Translations under genes and position numbers: made by a program
Shown: positions 25,844 to 34,142 of the stretch, piece by piece
Numbering within the stretch: position 1 is the stretch's first letter
Layout of the letters: the number at the start of each line of letters is the position of its first letter
The notes under the pieces: model-generated
The model's database searches: none
What the model was told of the DNA's origin: nothing
What the model saw: the letters and a program-made list of their open reading frames with translations, nothing else
From: a virus
Lineage: Duplodnaviria; Caudoviricetes
Length of the DNA: 34,268 bases
Strand: one strand, 5' to 3'
IMG/VR virus record: IMGVR_UViG_3300029286_000145
Span: 1 to 34,268 of that record

Positions 25844-27479
25844 CTCTTTTTCTCACGATTGTAGTATATCATTAATTGAAAATAATGAAATAAAAAGTTG
25901 TTTTCAAGAGGAAAGATTCACTCGTGTAAAGGCAGCTGATAACATAGAATCAGTTCCAAATTTATCCCTTGAAAGTATTGAAAAATATTTTAATTTTAGT
26001 ATTTTTGATGATGATGTTGTTCTAACAACCACTTCACCTATTAATATTCGTGATAATTTCATGTACAAAATTTTAGAAAAGAAAAATATCCTTTATTATC
26101 CACACCATCTTTGTCATGCTGCTGGTGTTTATTTTACTTCCGGTTTCAAAGAAAAAACATTGGTTGTTGTTTTCGATGGTTCGGAAAGTAATAATTTTCA
26201 TGAAGATATTATAACAAAAGATAATTTTAAAAATCTATGTTTTAGAAATTCAAGTTGTTCCACAATATTCACAGGTGAAAATAACAAATTGACCGAAATA
26301 TATAAAATGAAAGGTGGTCCAAAAAGTGAGAACATGACTGTTTTTAATGTTGTTAATCCAGTCGCTTCTCTATGGGGTGAGGTATGTAGAATTTACAATT
26401 GGAAAGAAAATAAAGATGAAGGTAAAGTAATGGGATTAGCAGCTCAAGGTAAATTTGATGAAGAAATATACAATCACTTAAAAATGGGATTTGCATATTC
26501 CAATCTACAATTTGATTTATATTCATCTAATATTTTTGGATTCGTATTAAGTGAATTGGATAAAAATGGATTAATACAAGAAAAGAAAAAAGATGTTTGT
26601 TTCAATTTTCAAAAATTAACAGAAGATAAAATATTAGAATATATTTGGGATTTACATAAAAAATTCCCCGGACATAAGAAATTATGTTTATCAGGTGGGC
26701 TATTCGCTAATGTGAAATTGAATCAAAGAATAAATGAATATGGACCATTTGATGAAATTTATATAATGCCACCAATGGGTGATTGTGGTGTTTCATTGGG
26801 TTCCGCGTTAATTCATTCAAATAAAGAATATAATTATGAAACAAAAAGATGGGATAATGTATTTTTAGGAATTGATTATACACAAGAAGAAATGGATACA
26901 TATATAGACTCATCCATTCATAAAATATTTCCATACTCACCAAACTATATTGCGGAATTATTAAACAATGGTAAAGTAATAGGTACATTTGTCGGTAAAA
27001 CAGAATATGGTCCAAGAGCTTTGGGTTCCAGATCAATATTGGTAGAACCAAGTAGGAAAGAAACTCATGAATATTTAAATAAAAAACTTGATAGAAATGA
27101 AATAATGCCATTTGCTCCAATTGTAATGTCTGAATATGTTTCTGATATTATGTACGCTTATCGTTCACAAAGAGCTGCTGAATTTATGACATTATGTTAT
27201 ACTGTTAAAGATGAATGGGTTGAAAAAATTCCAGCTGTTATTAACATTTTTGATAAAACTTGTAGACCACAAATAGTTTTCAAAGAAAGAAATAATTTTT
27301 TTCATGAAATATTAGATGAATTTAATAAGTTAACTGGTATTCCTGTATTATTAAACACTTCTTTTAATTCACATGGTGAACCAATTATAAATCATCCAAC
27401 TCATGCTATAAATCATTTAAATAAAGGATCTATTGATTTTCTTATTCTTGGAAATAAAATATTAGAAAAAAAGTCTTAA
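25824..27479 (+). CDS. Carbamoyltransferase (CmcH/NodU/TobZ family)
   Basis: HDCS, EERFTRVK, HHLCHA, EGKVMGLA, SGGLFANVKLN, MGDCG, EYGPRALGSRS, PFAP, LLNTSFNSHGEPI. Confidence 0.95.
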   Translation: MKIIGFNSFSHDCSISLIENNEIKSCFQEERFTRVKAADNIESVPNLSLESIEKYFNFSIFDDDVVLTTTSPINIRDNFMYKILEKKNILYYPHHLCHAAGVYFTSGFKEKTLVVVFDGSESNNFHEDIITKDNFKNLCFRNSSCSTIFTGENNKLTEIYKMKGGPKSENMTVFNVVNPVASLWGEVCRIYNWKENKDEGKVMGLAAQGKFDEEIYNHLKMGFAYSNLQFDLYSSNIFGFVLSELDKNGLIQEKKKDVCFNFQKLTEDKILEYIWDLHKKFPGHKKLCLSGGLFANVKLNQRINEYGPFDEIYIMPPMGDCGVSLGSALIHSNKEYNYETKRWDNVFLGIDYTQEEMDTYIDSSIHKIFPYSPNYIAELLNNGKVIGTFVGKTEYGPRALGSRSILVEPSRKETHEYLNKKLDRNEIMPFAPIVMSEYVSDIMYAYRSQRAAEFMTLCYTVKDEWVEKIPAVINIFDKTCRPQIVFKERNNFFHEILDEFNKLTGIPVLLNTSFNSHGEPIINHPTHAINHLNKGSIDFLILGNKILEKKS

Positions 27480-27529
27480 AAATTTTTTATATTAAATATT
27501 TGTTGTAATTTTGTAAAAAATAAATAGAA

Positions 27530-27940
27530 ATGGGTGGTAAAGCTCTTAAAAATTGGCCAACTGAAAGAAAAACGACAACACAATTCTATGATATTGAAAG
27601 TCGTTTGATTCCAAAACTAAAAGAAATTTTTGGAACAGAACTTTATGTCCTTAAATTTTATCATACAAAGCCGGATCACGGTGATATGGATATCCTTTTA
27701 AAAGTTGATAATCAATTTTATAATAAGGGATTAAATATCCGTAAAGAAATTGAAAAACATTTATCACCAAATGAAATTGTGGTAAACGATGGAACAACAA
27801 CATTTGATTTTGAACAATTTCAAATAGATTTAATTCCTGTTGCTGAATCTATTTGGGAATCAACTAAATTCTGGATGGATTATGATCCAACGAGTAATCT
27901 TTTGGGAAAATTATTTAGATCTATAAAATTTAAAGAATGA
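27530..27940 (+). CDS. Pol-beta-superfamily nucleotidyltransferase, N-terminal catalytic half
   Basis: MGGKAL...KPDHGDMDILL (DxD)...FQIDLI (third Asp); ends right after NLLGKLF. Confidence 0.75.
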   Translation: MGGKALKNWPTERKTTTQFYDIESRLIPKLKEIFGTELYVLKFYHTKPDHGDMDILLKVDNQFYNKGLNIRKEIEKHLSPNEIVVNDGTTTFDFEQFQIDLIPVAESIWESTKFWMDYDPTSNLLGKLFRSIKFKE

Positions 27941-27954
27941 CCCGATAACGAACC

Positions 27955-27989
27955 TTATAATTTTTATATATAAGAATAAAAAATTATAA
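27955..27989 (+). promoter_or_regulatory. Hairpin covering the endonuclease start, with the TATATA promoter motif at the stem/loop
   Basis: TTATAATTTTT (27955-65) pairs with AAAAATTATAA (27979-89), which includes the A of ATG. Confidence 0.55.
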
Positions 27990-29356
27990 TGGTAATTTAT
28001 ATAACAACAAATTTAATAAATGGTAAAAAATATATTGGTAAAGATGAAAAAAACGATTCAAATTATTTCGGTTCTGGAATACATTTAACTAGATCTGTGA
28101 AAAAATATGGTAAAGAAAATTTCAAAAAAGAAATAATTGAACATTGTAATACATCAGAAGAATTAAATGAAAAAGAAATATATTGGATTGACTTTTACAA
28201 AGCGTGTGAATCAGAACAATTTTATAATATAGCAAAGGGTGGTGACGGTGGAAATATTATTAAAGGATATTCAGAAGAACAAAAAAAAGAAATTTATAAA
28301 AAGACCATAGATAATAGAAAATGGTATAAACACTCTGATGAAACAAAAGAAAAAATATCTAAAAAACATAAAGGAAAAAAATTATCTGATATTACAAAAT
28401 TAAAACTATCTGTATATAATACAGGTAGAAAAATGACAAAGGAACAAAAAGAAAAACTATCAAACTCATTAAAAGGACATTTAACATCAGAAGAAACTCG
28501 TATAAAAATATCAAAGGCAACAATGGGTAAAAATCTTGGTAATATCCCTTGGAATAAAAATATACCAATGTCAAATGAATCAAAAAATAAAATATCAGTA
28601 TCAAAAAGTGGGAAAAATTGTGGATCGGATAATTCATCTTATGGTAAAATTTGGTTAAATAATGGAAATGAAAATTTTTATATTTTAAAAAACGAAATTG
28701 AAACTTACATAAATAAAGGTTATAAAATGGGAATGATTAAAAAATATACTACAGAAGTTAAAGGTTATTTAAAATATAGACCTGATGGATTATATGCTAT
28801 TATTTTTAATAAATCATTATCTAATAAATTGGGTGAAATTTTAATTACAAAAGATATAAATAAAATGTTTCTATTTCTGGGATTAGATATTAATCGTAAA
28901 TATAATGGATTTGAAACATTAGAAGAAATTTACGATTGGATTATTTCATGTAAATATTTTAAACCACAAATATTTTTCTTGGAAAATTTAAATCAAGATG
29001 ATAGAAAAAGAAACAAGAAACGACCCACATTTAATAAATTTTTAGAATATATTAAAGATTTTCAATTTGATAATGAAAAATTAACAAATGATGTATCTTT
29101 GGATTTGATTGATTCTAGTTTTCCAGAAGTTCATTTTCTTGAACAAATTGAAACTTTGAAAAAGAAAGATGAAGAAAAACAGATTATCAGAAACAAATTC
29201 AATGGTGAACTTGTAATGGAATGGACTGATTTGAAAGGAAAGGAATTGGGTGATGTAATTACGAAATTCAAATCACAATACACCAATGAAATCAAGGAAT
29301 GTAGTCCTGAAGAAGTGAAAAATATTTTCTTAAAGTGGTTTAACGAAAACAATTAA
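27989..29356 (+). CDS. GIY-YIG/NUMOD3 homing endonuclease (aa 1 to ~250) fused to the probable C-terminal half of the nucleotidyltransferase
   Basis: VIYITTNLINGKKYIG...HSDETKEKIS repeats...WLNNG..GYKMG, then LKYRPDGL...FLFLGLD...KRPTFNKFL...KFNGELVM..KGKELG. Confidence 0.8.
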   Translation: MVIYITTNLINGKKYIGKDEKNDSNYFGSGIHLTRSVKKYGKENFKKEIIEHCNTSEELNEKEIYWIDFYKACESEQFYNIAKGGDGGNIIKGYSEEQKKEIYKKTIDNRKWYKHSDETKEKISKKHKGKKLSDITKLKLSVYNTGRKMTKEQKEKLSNSLKGHLTSEETRIKISKATMGKNLGNIPWNKNIPMSNESKNKISVSKSGKNCGSDNSSYGKIWLNNGNENFYILKNEIETYINKGYKMGMIKKYTTEVKGYLKYRPDGLYAIIFNKSLSNKLGEILITKDINKMFLFLGLDINRKYNGFETLEEIYDWIISCKYFKPQIFFLENLNQDDRKRNKKRPTFNKFLEYIKDFQFDNEKLTNDVSLDLIDSSFPEVHFLEQIETLKKKDEEKQIIRNKFNGELVMEWTDLKGKELGDVITKFKSQYTNEIKECSPEEVKNIFLKWFNENN

Positions 29357-29360
29357 AATT

Positions 29361-29711
29361 ATGAAAATTGAAGATTTAATTTTAGAAATCCTTAAAAAAG
29401 GTGTATCTATTGATTCTGTTACGATAGTAGAAGATTTAGATATTATTGGCTATAGAGTATGTGGTTTTTCCAAATCTGGAACTGTTACCTTATTTGAATC
29501 CAAAGGGAAAATATTTGCGGAAGCTAGATACAATGAAACAACCGAAATTTCCAATTTCGATGATTTGGTATCTTTGGCTTGGGATTGGTATATAAGATAT
29601 AGAGATCGTTCACCTTTTGAAAGCCCAGACTCTAATTGGGTAGATCATTTTGTTGAAAAAGGATGGTTGAAAATAGTAAAGGATTATAAAATTGTTGAAA
29701 ATATAAAATAA
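29361..29711 (+). CDS. Hypothetical protein
   Basis: 116-aa ORF in a tightly packed + strand run. Confidence 0.75.
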   Translation: MKIEDLILEILKKGVSIDSVTIVEDLDIIGYRVCGFSKSGTVTLFESKGKIFAEARYNETTEISNFDDLVSLAWDWYIRYRDRSPFESPDSNWVDHFVEKGWLKIVKDYKIVENIK

Positions 29712-29718
29712 TATAAAT

Positions 29719-29799
29719 ATGAAAAAGTTAATGAATTATTTTCCAGACCCTATTCATTGGGTTATTGCATTCATCATATTATTAATCATTGTATTATGA
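29719..29799 (+). CDS. Small 26-aa membrane peptide (absent from the ORF track)
   Basis: MKKLMNYFPDPIHWVIAFIILLIIVL*; fills the gap exactly and overlaps the next ATG (ATGA). Confidence 0.6.
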   Translation: MKKLMNYFPDPIHWVIAFIILLIIVL

Positions 29800-30935
29800 A
29801 CGAAGCATACAAAAAGTACGGTTATAATATCTATTATGAGAAACAGAGTATAGAATTATATCTGAAAAATTTCGATGACTTCATGGATTTATTAGAAATC
29901 CGTAGGACTTACAGAAAAACGGGTATCGGTAATTTCTATATCCTCGATGGAAGATACTGGATTGATGAATTCGGTCAAATCAGTAAGGTTATTGATGGAT
30001 TGGAGAAACTGAAAGGGTTCATGAAGATTCCATTGGTCTTGACCAACGATGAATTTCACGATATTGTATACAGGTATGACAGGAGTATCAACGCTATCAC
30101 TACTGAGGAAATTAAAAACTTAGAGTGGTCAGAAATAAGTAAAATACATGAATCTGGTAGACCTTTTGGACTTGCGATTTCGAGGTCAATGAGTTCATCA
30201 CTTCCCGACCGTAATACTATTTGTCCTTACTGTGGTAAAGGATGGGATTTGGATAACATCGATGATTGTTTACATCATCAGTCAACATGGAAAGATTACC
30301 CAGCTCGTCAACTAGATTTATATGGTGATGTTCTTTGGGATTTCGTTGGACAACCACTTCAAAAGGTATGGGATTACTTCAAAATGAGATCAAACGCTAT
30401 TTATTACCCAATGAGAGAACATGGTATTAGTAACCCAAAATGGATTGATCTTAGACCAAATCCAGAATATAAAACATTAAAAATCAATGAAAATGGTTTT
30501 TATGATGGTAAAATTGATGAAAATTATATCATTCAAAAAGATGATTCAATAGGATTCCAAATAGTTGAATGTTATCATAAAGATTGTAACAGAAAAATGT
30601 TAAATGAAAAAGAAGAAAAAAAATTCAAAGAATGTTTTATAAAGGCTGGATTTGAAAATTTCGAAATGATACATATCCCAAATGAATATTGTCATGATAT
30701 TAATAATTGTACTATCTGTTCAGATTGGTTTAATGTTGTAACAAAATATGGTACGATTAAAATAGGTTGGAGAAAACGAGTAATTTATATTGAATGGCCA
30801 AATATCCAATCAAATGCTATCGTTATATTTAACAACGAAGATGTAACAAAAGGTTCTAATTACATCCACGCTTGGGGATGGGGAAAATGTACAGAATATT
30901 TAACAGAATTAAAAAAATCATTGAAAATATTGTAA
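29796..30935 (+). CDS. Hypothetical protein with Cys motifs (CPYC, CxxC)
   Basis: ATG at 29796 coupled to the upstream stop; C-terminal IPNEY...WF.V.T..G.IKIGWRKRVI. Confidence 0.78.
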   Translation: MNEAYKKYGYNIYYEKQSIELYLKNFDDFMDLLEIRRTYRKTGIGNFYILDGRYWIDEFGQISKVIDGLEKLKGFMKIPLVLTNDEFHDIVYRYDRSINAITTEEIKNLEWSEISKIHESGRPFGLAISRSMSSSLPDRNTICPYCGKGWDLDNIDDCLHHQSTWKDYPARQLDLYGDVLWDFVGQPLQKVWDYFKMRSNAIYYPMREHGISNPKWIDLRPNPEYKTLKINENGFYDGKIDENYIIQKDDSIGFQIVECYHKDCNRKMLNEKEEKKFKECFIKAGFENFEMIHIPNEYCHDINNCTICSDWFNVVTKYGTIKIGWRKRVIYIEWPNIQSNAIVIFNNEDVTKGSNYIHAWGWGKCTEYLTELKKSLKIL

Positions 30936-30994
30936 TATGAATTTAAATAAAACTTTAACAAAAGATCAAAAAGAAATGAAAATAAAAGAATAAA

Positions 30995-31297
30995 ATGAAA
31001 GAAAAATCAGAAGATACTGGAAGATTTTATATTTATGATCAAAACACTGGTCGTAAGTTTGTTGTCGAACCAATTGACAATTCACAACATGCTGCTGATT
31101 GGGGTGATGTAAATCCAGCAACCAAAAAGATTGAAGGACATTATGGTGAAAAACATATCGGTTCAATAAAAGAAGAAGATTCCATTATCACTAAAGAAAA
31201 TGGATTTGATAAATGTGTATATTTCACTGGAAGTCCAGAAGAAGGAATAAGAAAATTTTTAGAATTAGAAGAAAAAGAAAAAAATAAAAAATTATGA
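30995..31297 (+). CDS. Hypothetical protein
   Basis: TGRKFVVEPI...WGDVNPATKK; ATGA overlap with the next gene. Confidence 0.75.
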   Translation: MKEKSEDTGRFYIYDQNTGRKFVVEPIDNSQHAADWGDVNPATKKIEGHYGEKHIGSIKEEDSIITKENGFDKCVYFTGSPEEGIRKFLELEEKEKNKKL

Positions 31298-31629
31298 AAA
31301 TGACAATTTGGACAATGGGTTATTTTCCCTTTACAATGGGTGGTCGTGTAAACGCACCAATGACCACAGAAATTGATATGATTGAAGAGAAAGAAGTTGG
31401 TTACGGTGTAAAGGCATTCTCTTGGAAAACCCCAAAAGGTTCCATTAGAATATCAGAAAGTGAAACCGGTGCAATTATAGGTGATTCATTTGAAGATGTT
31501 ATGAATGACATCAAAGAAACCACCCCACAAATGGTGGCAAAACAAATGAATGATGCAAAAGGACTCCTTCATTCTGGTTGTGCAAAAGAAATGACAAATG
31601 AAAAATTTTTTCAATTATATAACTATTAA
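31294..31629 (+). CDS. Hypothetical protein
   Basis: Translationally coupled ORF. Confidence 0.72.
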   Translation: MKMTIWTMGYFPFTMGGRVNAPMTTEIDMIEEKEVGYGVKAFSWKTPKGSIRISESETGAIIGDSFEDVMNDIKETTPQMVAKQMNDAKGLLHSGCAKEMTNEKFFQLYNY

Positions 31630-31632
31630 TAT

Positions 31633-31842
31633 ATGAAAACAAGAGAATTCATTATGAAAGACAAGACTGGTAGAGGTTTTGTAAGAACGGGGATTAGTGA
31701 AACAGATCTCCTTGATATTTTTAACGATGAAGAAGCAGATGTTTCTTGGGATGGTGAAACTATTCCGGAATGGTTAGAATATTGTGAAGTGGGTGATTCT
31801 TGGAAAAATTCAACAACAGAAGTAATTTGTATAGAAGTATGA
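31633..31842 (+). CDS. Hypothetical protein
   Basis: 69-aa ORF with ATGA overlap to the next gene. Confidence 0.68.
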   Translation: MKTREFIMKDKTGRGFVRTGISETDLLDIFNDEEADVSWDGETIPEWLEYCEVGDSWKNSTTEVICIEV

Positions 31843-32399
31843 AAAAAGAAAGAGAATTAAGAATGTATTTTTTGGTGATGTATAACATCAGTCCAATTCA
31901 AAAATCAATTCAGGCAGGACATTGTGTAGAAGAATATTCTGATAAATATAGTAAAACTAAACTATACAAAGAATATAGGAAACATAAAACATGGGTTGTT
32001 CTTGATGGTGGTACAAGTAATAATGGAATTATATTATGTAAGGATGGACAATGGTATGATGATGAAACCAAATTGGGTACAATGGAATTACATGAAAAAT
32101 ATTTGATTAATAATAATATTCCATATGCATCATTTCATGAACCGGATTTAAACAATGCCCTTTCCGCCCTTTGTTTCATTTGTGATGAAAAAGTATTCGA
32201 TTGGGAAACTTACCCACCTTTCATTAAGTGGGTGACAAATTCTTGTTATTATCATTTATCGGATGATGAAAAAGAAATGAATCCACCATACGATGAATCA
32301 GAAAACATGAAAACACTTTATTTGGATTGGATTCATTTGGTCGGTGGTGAACAAAATGCAAAATTAAAAGAGTTGATTTACGGTAAAAAATTAGCTTAA
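31839..32399 (+). CDS. Peptidyl-tRNA hydrolase 2 (Pth2)-like protein
   Basis: RMYFLV...QAGH...WVVL...FHEPDLNNALSALC matches the Pth2-fold pattern. Confidence 0.65.
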   Translation: MKKERELRMYFLVMYNISPIQKSIQAGHCVEEYSDKYSKTKLYKEYRKHKTWVVLDGGTSNNGIILCKDGQWYDDETKLGTMELHEKYLINNNIPYASFHEPDLNNALSALCFICDEKVFDWETYPPFIKWVTNSCYYHLSDDEKEMNPPYDESENMKTLYLDWIHLVGGEQNAKLKELIYGKKLA

Positions 32400-32400
32400 T

Positions 32401-32640
32401 ATGAAAATTTCAAGTAACAGAAAACCGGGTCATTTTAGAGTTGTAACAAAAATAGTTGATACTATTGATTCATGTGAAAATGAAACACATCTAAAATTAA
32501 CCATGAAATTCATAGATTTATATATTCAAATGTTTAAACCATCACAAGAAGATGTGGATGAATGTTTGTTATATTTATTCGATAAATATGACGAATTAGG
32601 AATAGAAGTTGTTGATGTTGATTTGCTTAAATTTGAATAA
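32401..32640 (+). CDS. Hypothetical protein
   Basis: 79-aa ORF starting 1 bp after the upstream stop. Confidence 0.65.
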   Translation: MKISSNRKPGHFRVVTKIVDTIDSCENETHLKLTMKFIDLYIQMFKPSQEDVDECLLYLFDKYDELGIEVVDVDLLKFE

Positions 32641-33490
32641 ATTTATCAAAAGTCATCAATCTTGATTCCCTAATAGGAAATCTTGTTGGTTTTTCCAATG
32701 TAACCGATGATTTTACAAATCTATTTGTATCATTAGATGTTACCAAATAATTATCCAATTTTATTTTAACAGTATCTAATCTTTCTAATATAAGATGAAA
32801 TAATTCATCATCTGTCTTTCTCAATATTTCTTCAAAGAATTTTTGAATATCGTTTGCATAATGAATGTTTTGTGTATCATCATCGTAAAAACTAACGTTT
32901 GGATACCAATCTTGTTTTAAAGGGATAAATTTACCACCCTTAATTTTAAAACCAGTTAAATGTTCCAATAAAACGTTAACCTTATTCATGTAATTCTGAC
33001 CTTTATTTACACTTTGGCCAACGAAAAATATTTTCTTTATATTTATTCCAATATTTTCCAATTCTAATCTTAACTTATTCAAAATATCAGAATTTGTTCT
33101 TTGATTCGAACGTGCTGTTAATATACCAATGTCAATATGTTTGTTGAATCTTAAATGTTCAATGTTTTTAATATAAATTTCAAGTTTTGATTTATTGAGT
33201 AATTTCTTGTCAACCATAGGCATTAATGATATTCCAAAACGTTCAATGTTTTCCGTATGTGCCTTCTTCTGTAAACGTTTGGATAATTCTTCACTAATAT
33301 AAAATTTTTGACCATTATAAGATAAACAAATATCTTCTTTTTTATAATGACCTTTCTTGATTAAAGTGAATTCAATATGGTTTAAAACGTGCAGAGGTTT
33401 GCTTGGATGGTCTTTATCAATCACCCACACTTCGTAGTCATTATCCCACAAAGTGCCGTCCAAATCAAAGAAACATATTTCCTTATTCAT
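32627..33490 (-). CDS. HAD-superfamily phosphatase-like protein
   Basis: FFDLDGTL (motif I), ILTAR (II), K (III), FYDDD (IV). Confidence 0.82.
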   Translation of the reverse strand: MNKEICFFDLDGTLWDNDYEVWVIDKDHPSKPLHVLNHIEFTLIKKGHYKKEDICLSYNGQKFYISEELSKRLQKKAHTENIERFGISLMPMVDKKLLNKSKLEIYIKNIEHLRFNKHIDIGILTARSNQRTNSDILNKLRLELENIGINIKKIFFVGQSVNKGQNYMNKVNVLLEHLTGFKIKGGKFIPLKQDWYPNVSFYDDDTQNIHYANDIQKFFEEILRKTDDELFHLILERLDTVKIKLDNYLVTSNDTNRFVKSSVTLEKPTRFPIRESRLMTFDKFIQI

Positions 33491-33562
33491 TTTTCATTAT
33501 ATATTCTTTCAATAATCAATAGTGATTAATCTTTTCATAATCTTATATATAAAAATTAAAGA

Positions 33563-34123
33563 TTAAATTTTTTCAAAAATATCAAATTTTGTTATCAATT
33601 TCTCGTTCTTTGGAATTTCCTTATTTAAAATTTTCAATTTTTTCGGATCAAAAATAAATAGATTCTTAGTACCAGTTTCCCAGACATAACACCCATCATA
33701 ATCGTTTTCCTTTAACCAATCAAAAAACCAAGTATCTTCAATGGATGAATAATCACCAAAAACAATTCCATTATAATATTTAGATGTATCAACATTATCA
33801 AATTCTGATGATGAATCTATATCATTTCTCAATTTCAACGCTAAATCATAATCATAATTTTTATAATCTAAATTAGCATTTCTTACTTTTCCATTTTGAT
33901 AATAATACAAATTCAAATCCGTTGGTAGTTTTGATGGGTCGAATATCTTATCAGTCAACACTTCAATAGTATAAATTAAACCGTTTTTGTATCTACTATA
34001 ATACTTAGCAAATTCATAATCACTTGTTAAAAATATAGGATTGATATAATTCAAATCCAAATACGTTCCTTTTTTCAATTTAAACTCATTGAAATCTGAA
34101 TATGAACCATGATACCATTTCAT
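33563..34123 (-). CDS. ART-like protein with C-terminal LITKFDIFE tag
   Basis: MKWYHGS...IFLTSDYEFAKYY...IYTIEV...IFD...YDGCYVWE...IFDP. Alternative start at 34144. Confidence 0.72.
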   Translation of the reverse strand: MKWYHGSYSDFNEFKLKKGTYLDLNYINPIFLTSDYEFAKYYSRYKNGLIYTIEVLTDKIFDPSKLPTDLNLYYYQNGKVRNANLDYKNYDYDLALKLRNDIDSSSEFDNVDTSKYYNGIVFGDYSSIEDTWFFDWLKENDYDGCYVWETGTKNLFIFDPKKLKILNKEIPKNEKLITKFDIFEKI

Positions 34124-34142
34124 TTTATTAATTCTTTTATTC

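Noticed and set aside
27935-27991. Stop read-through or gene-60-like ribosomal hop joining the nucleotidyltransferase N-half to the endonuclease
   Set aside because: The frames match, but three in-frame stops intervene and no matching GAA landing codon lies beyond the last stop.
1017-31166. Antisense or alternative-frame ORFs (1017, 4367, 7227, 7280, 8963, 10932, 11278, 11839, 12268, 12413, 15511, 17100, 22801, 24375, 24533, 26707, 28392, 29131, 30966)
   Set aside because: They lie within better-supported genes, have compositions typical of shadow frames in AT-rich DNA, and show no motifs. The similarity between the 8963 and 10932 ORFs just mirrors the 51-bp repeat.
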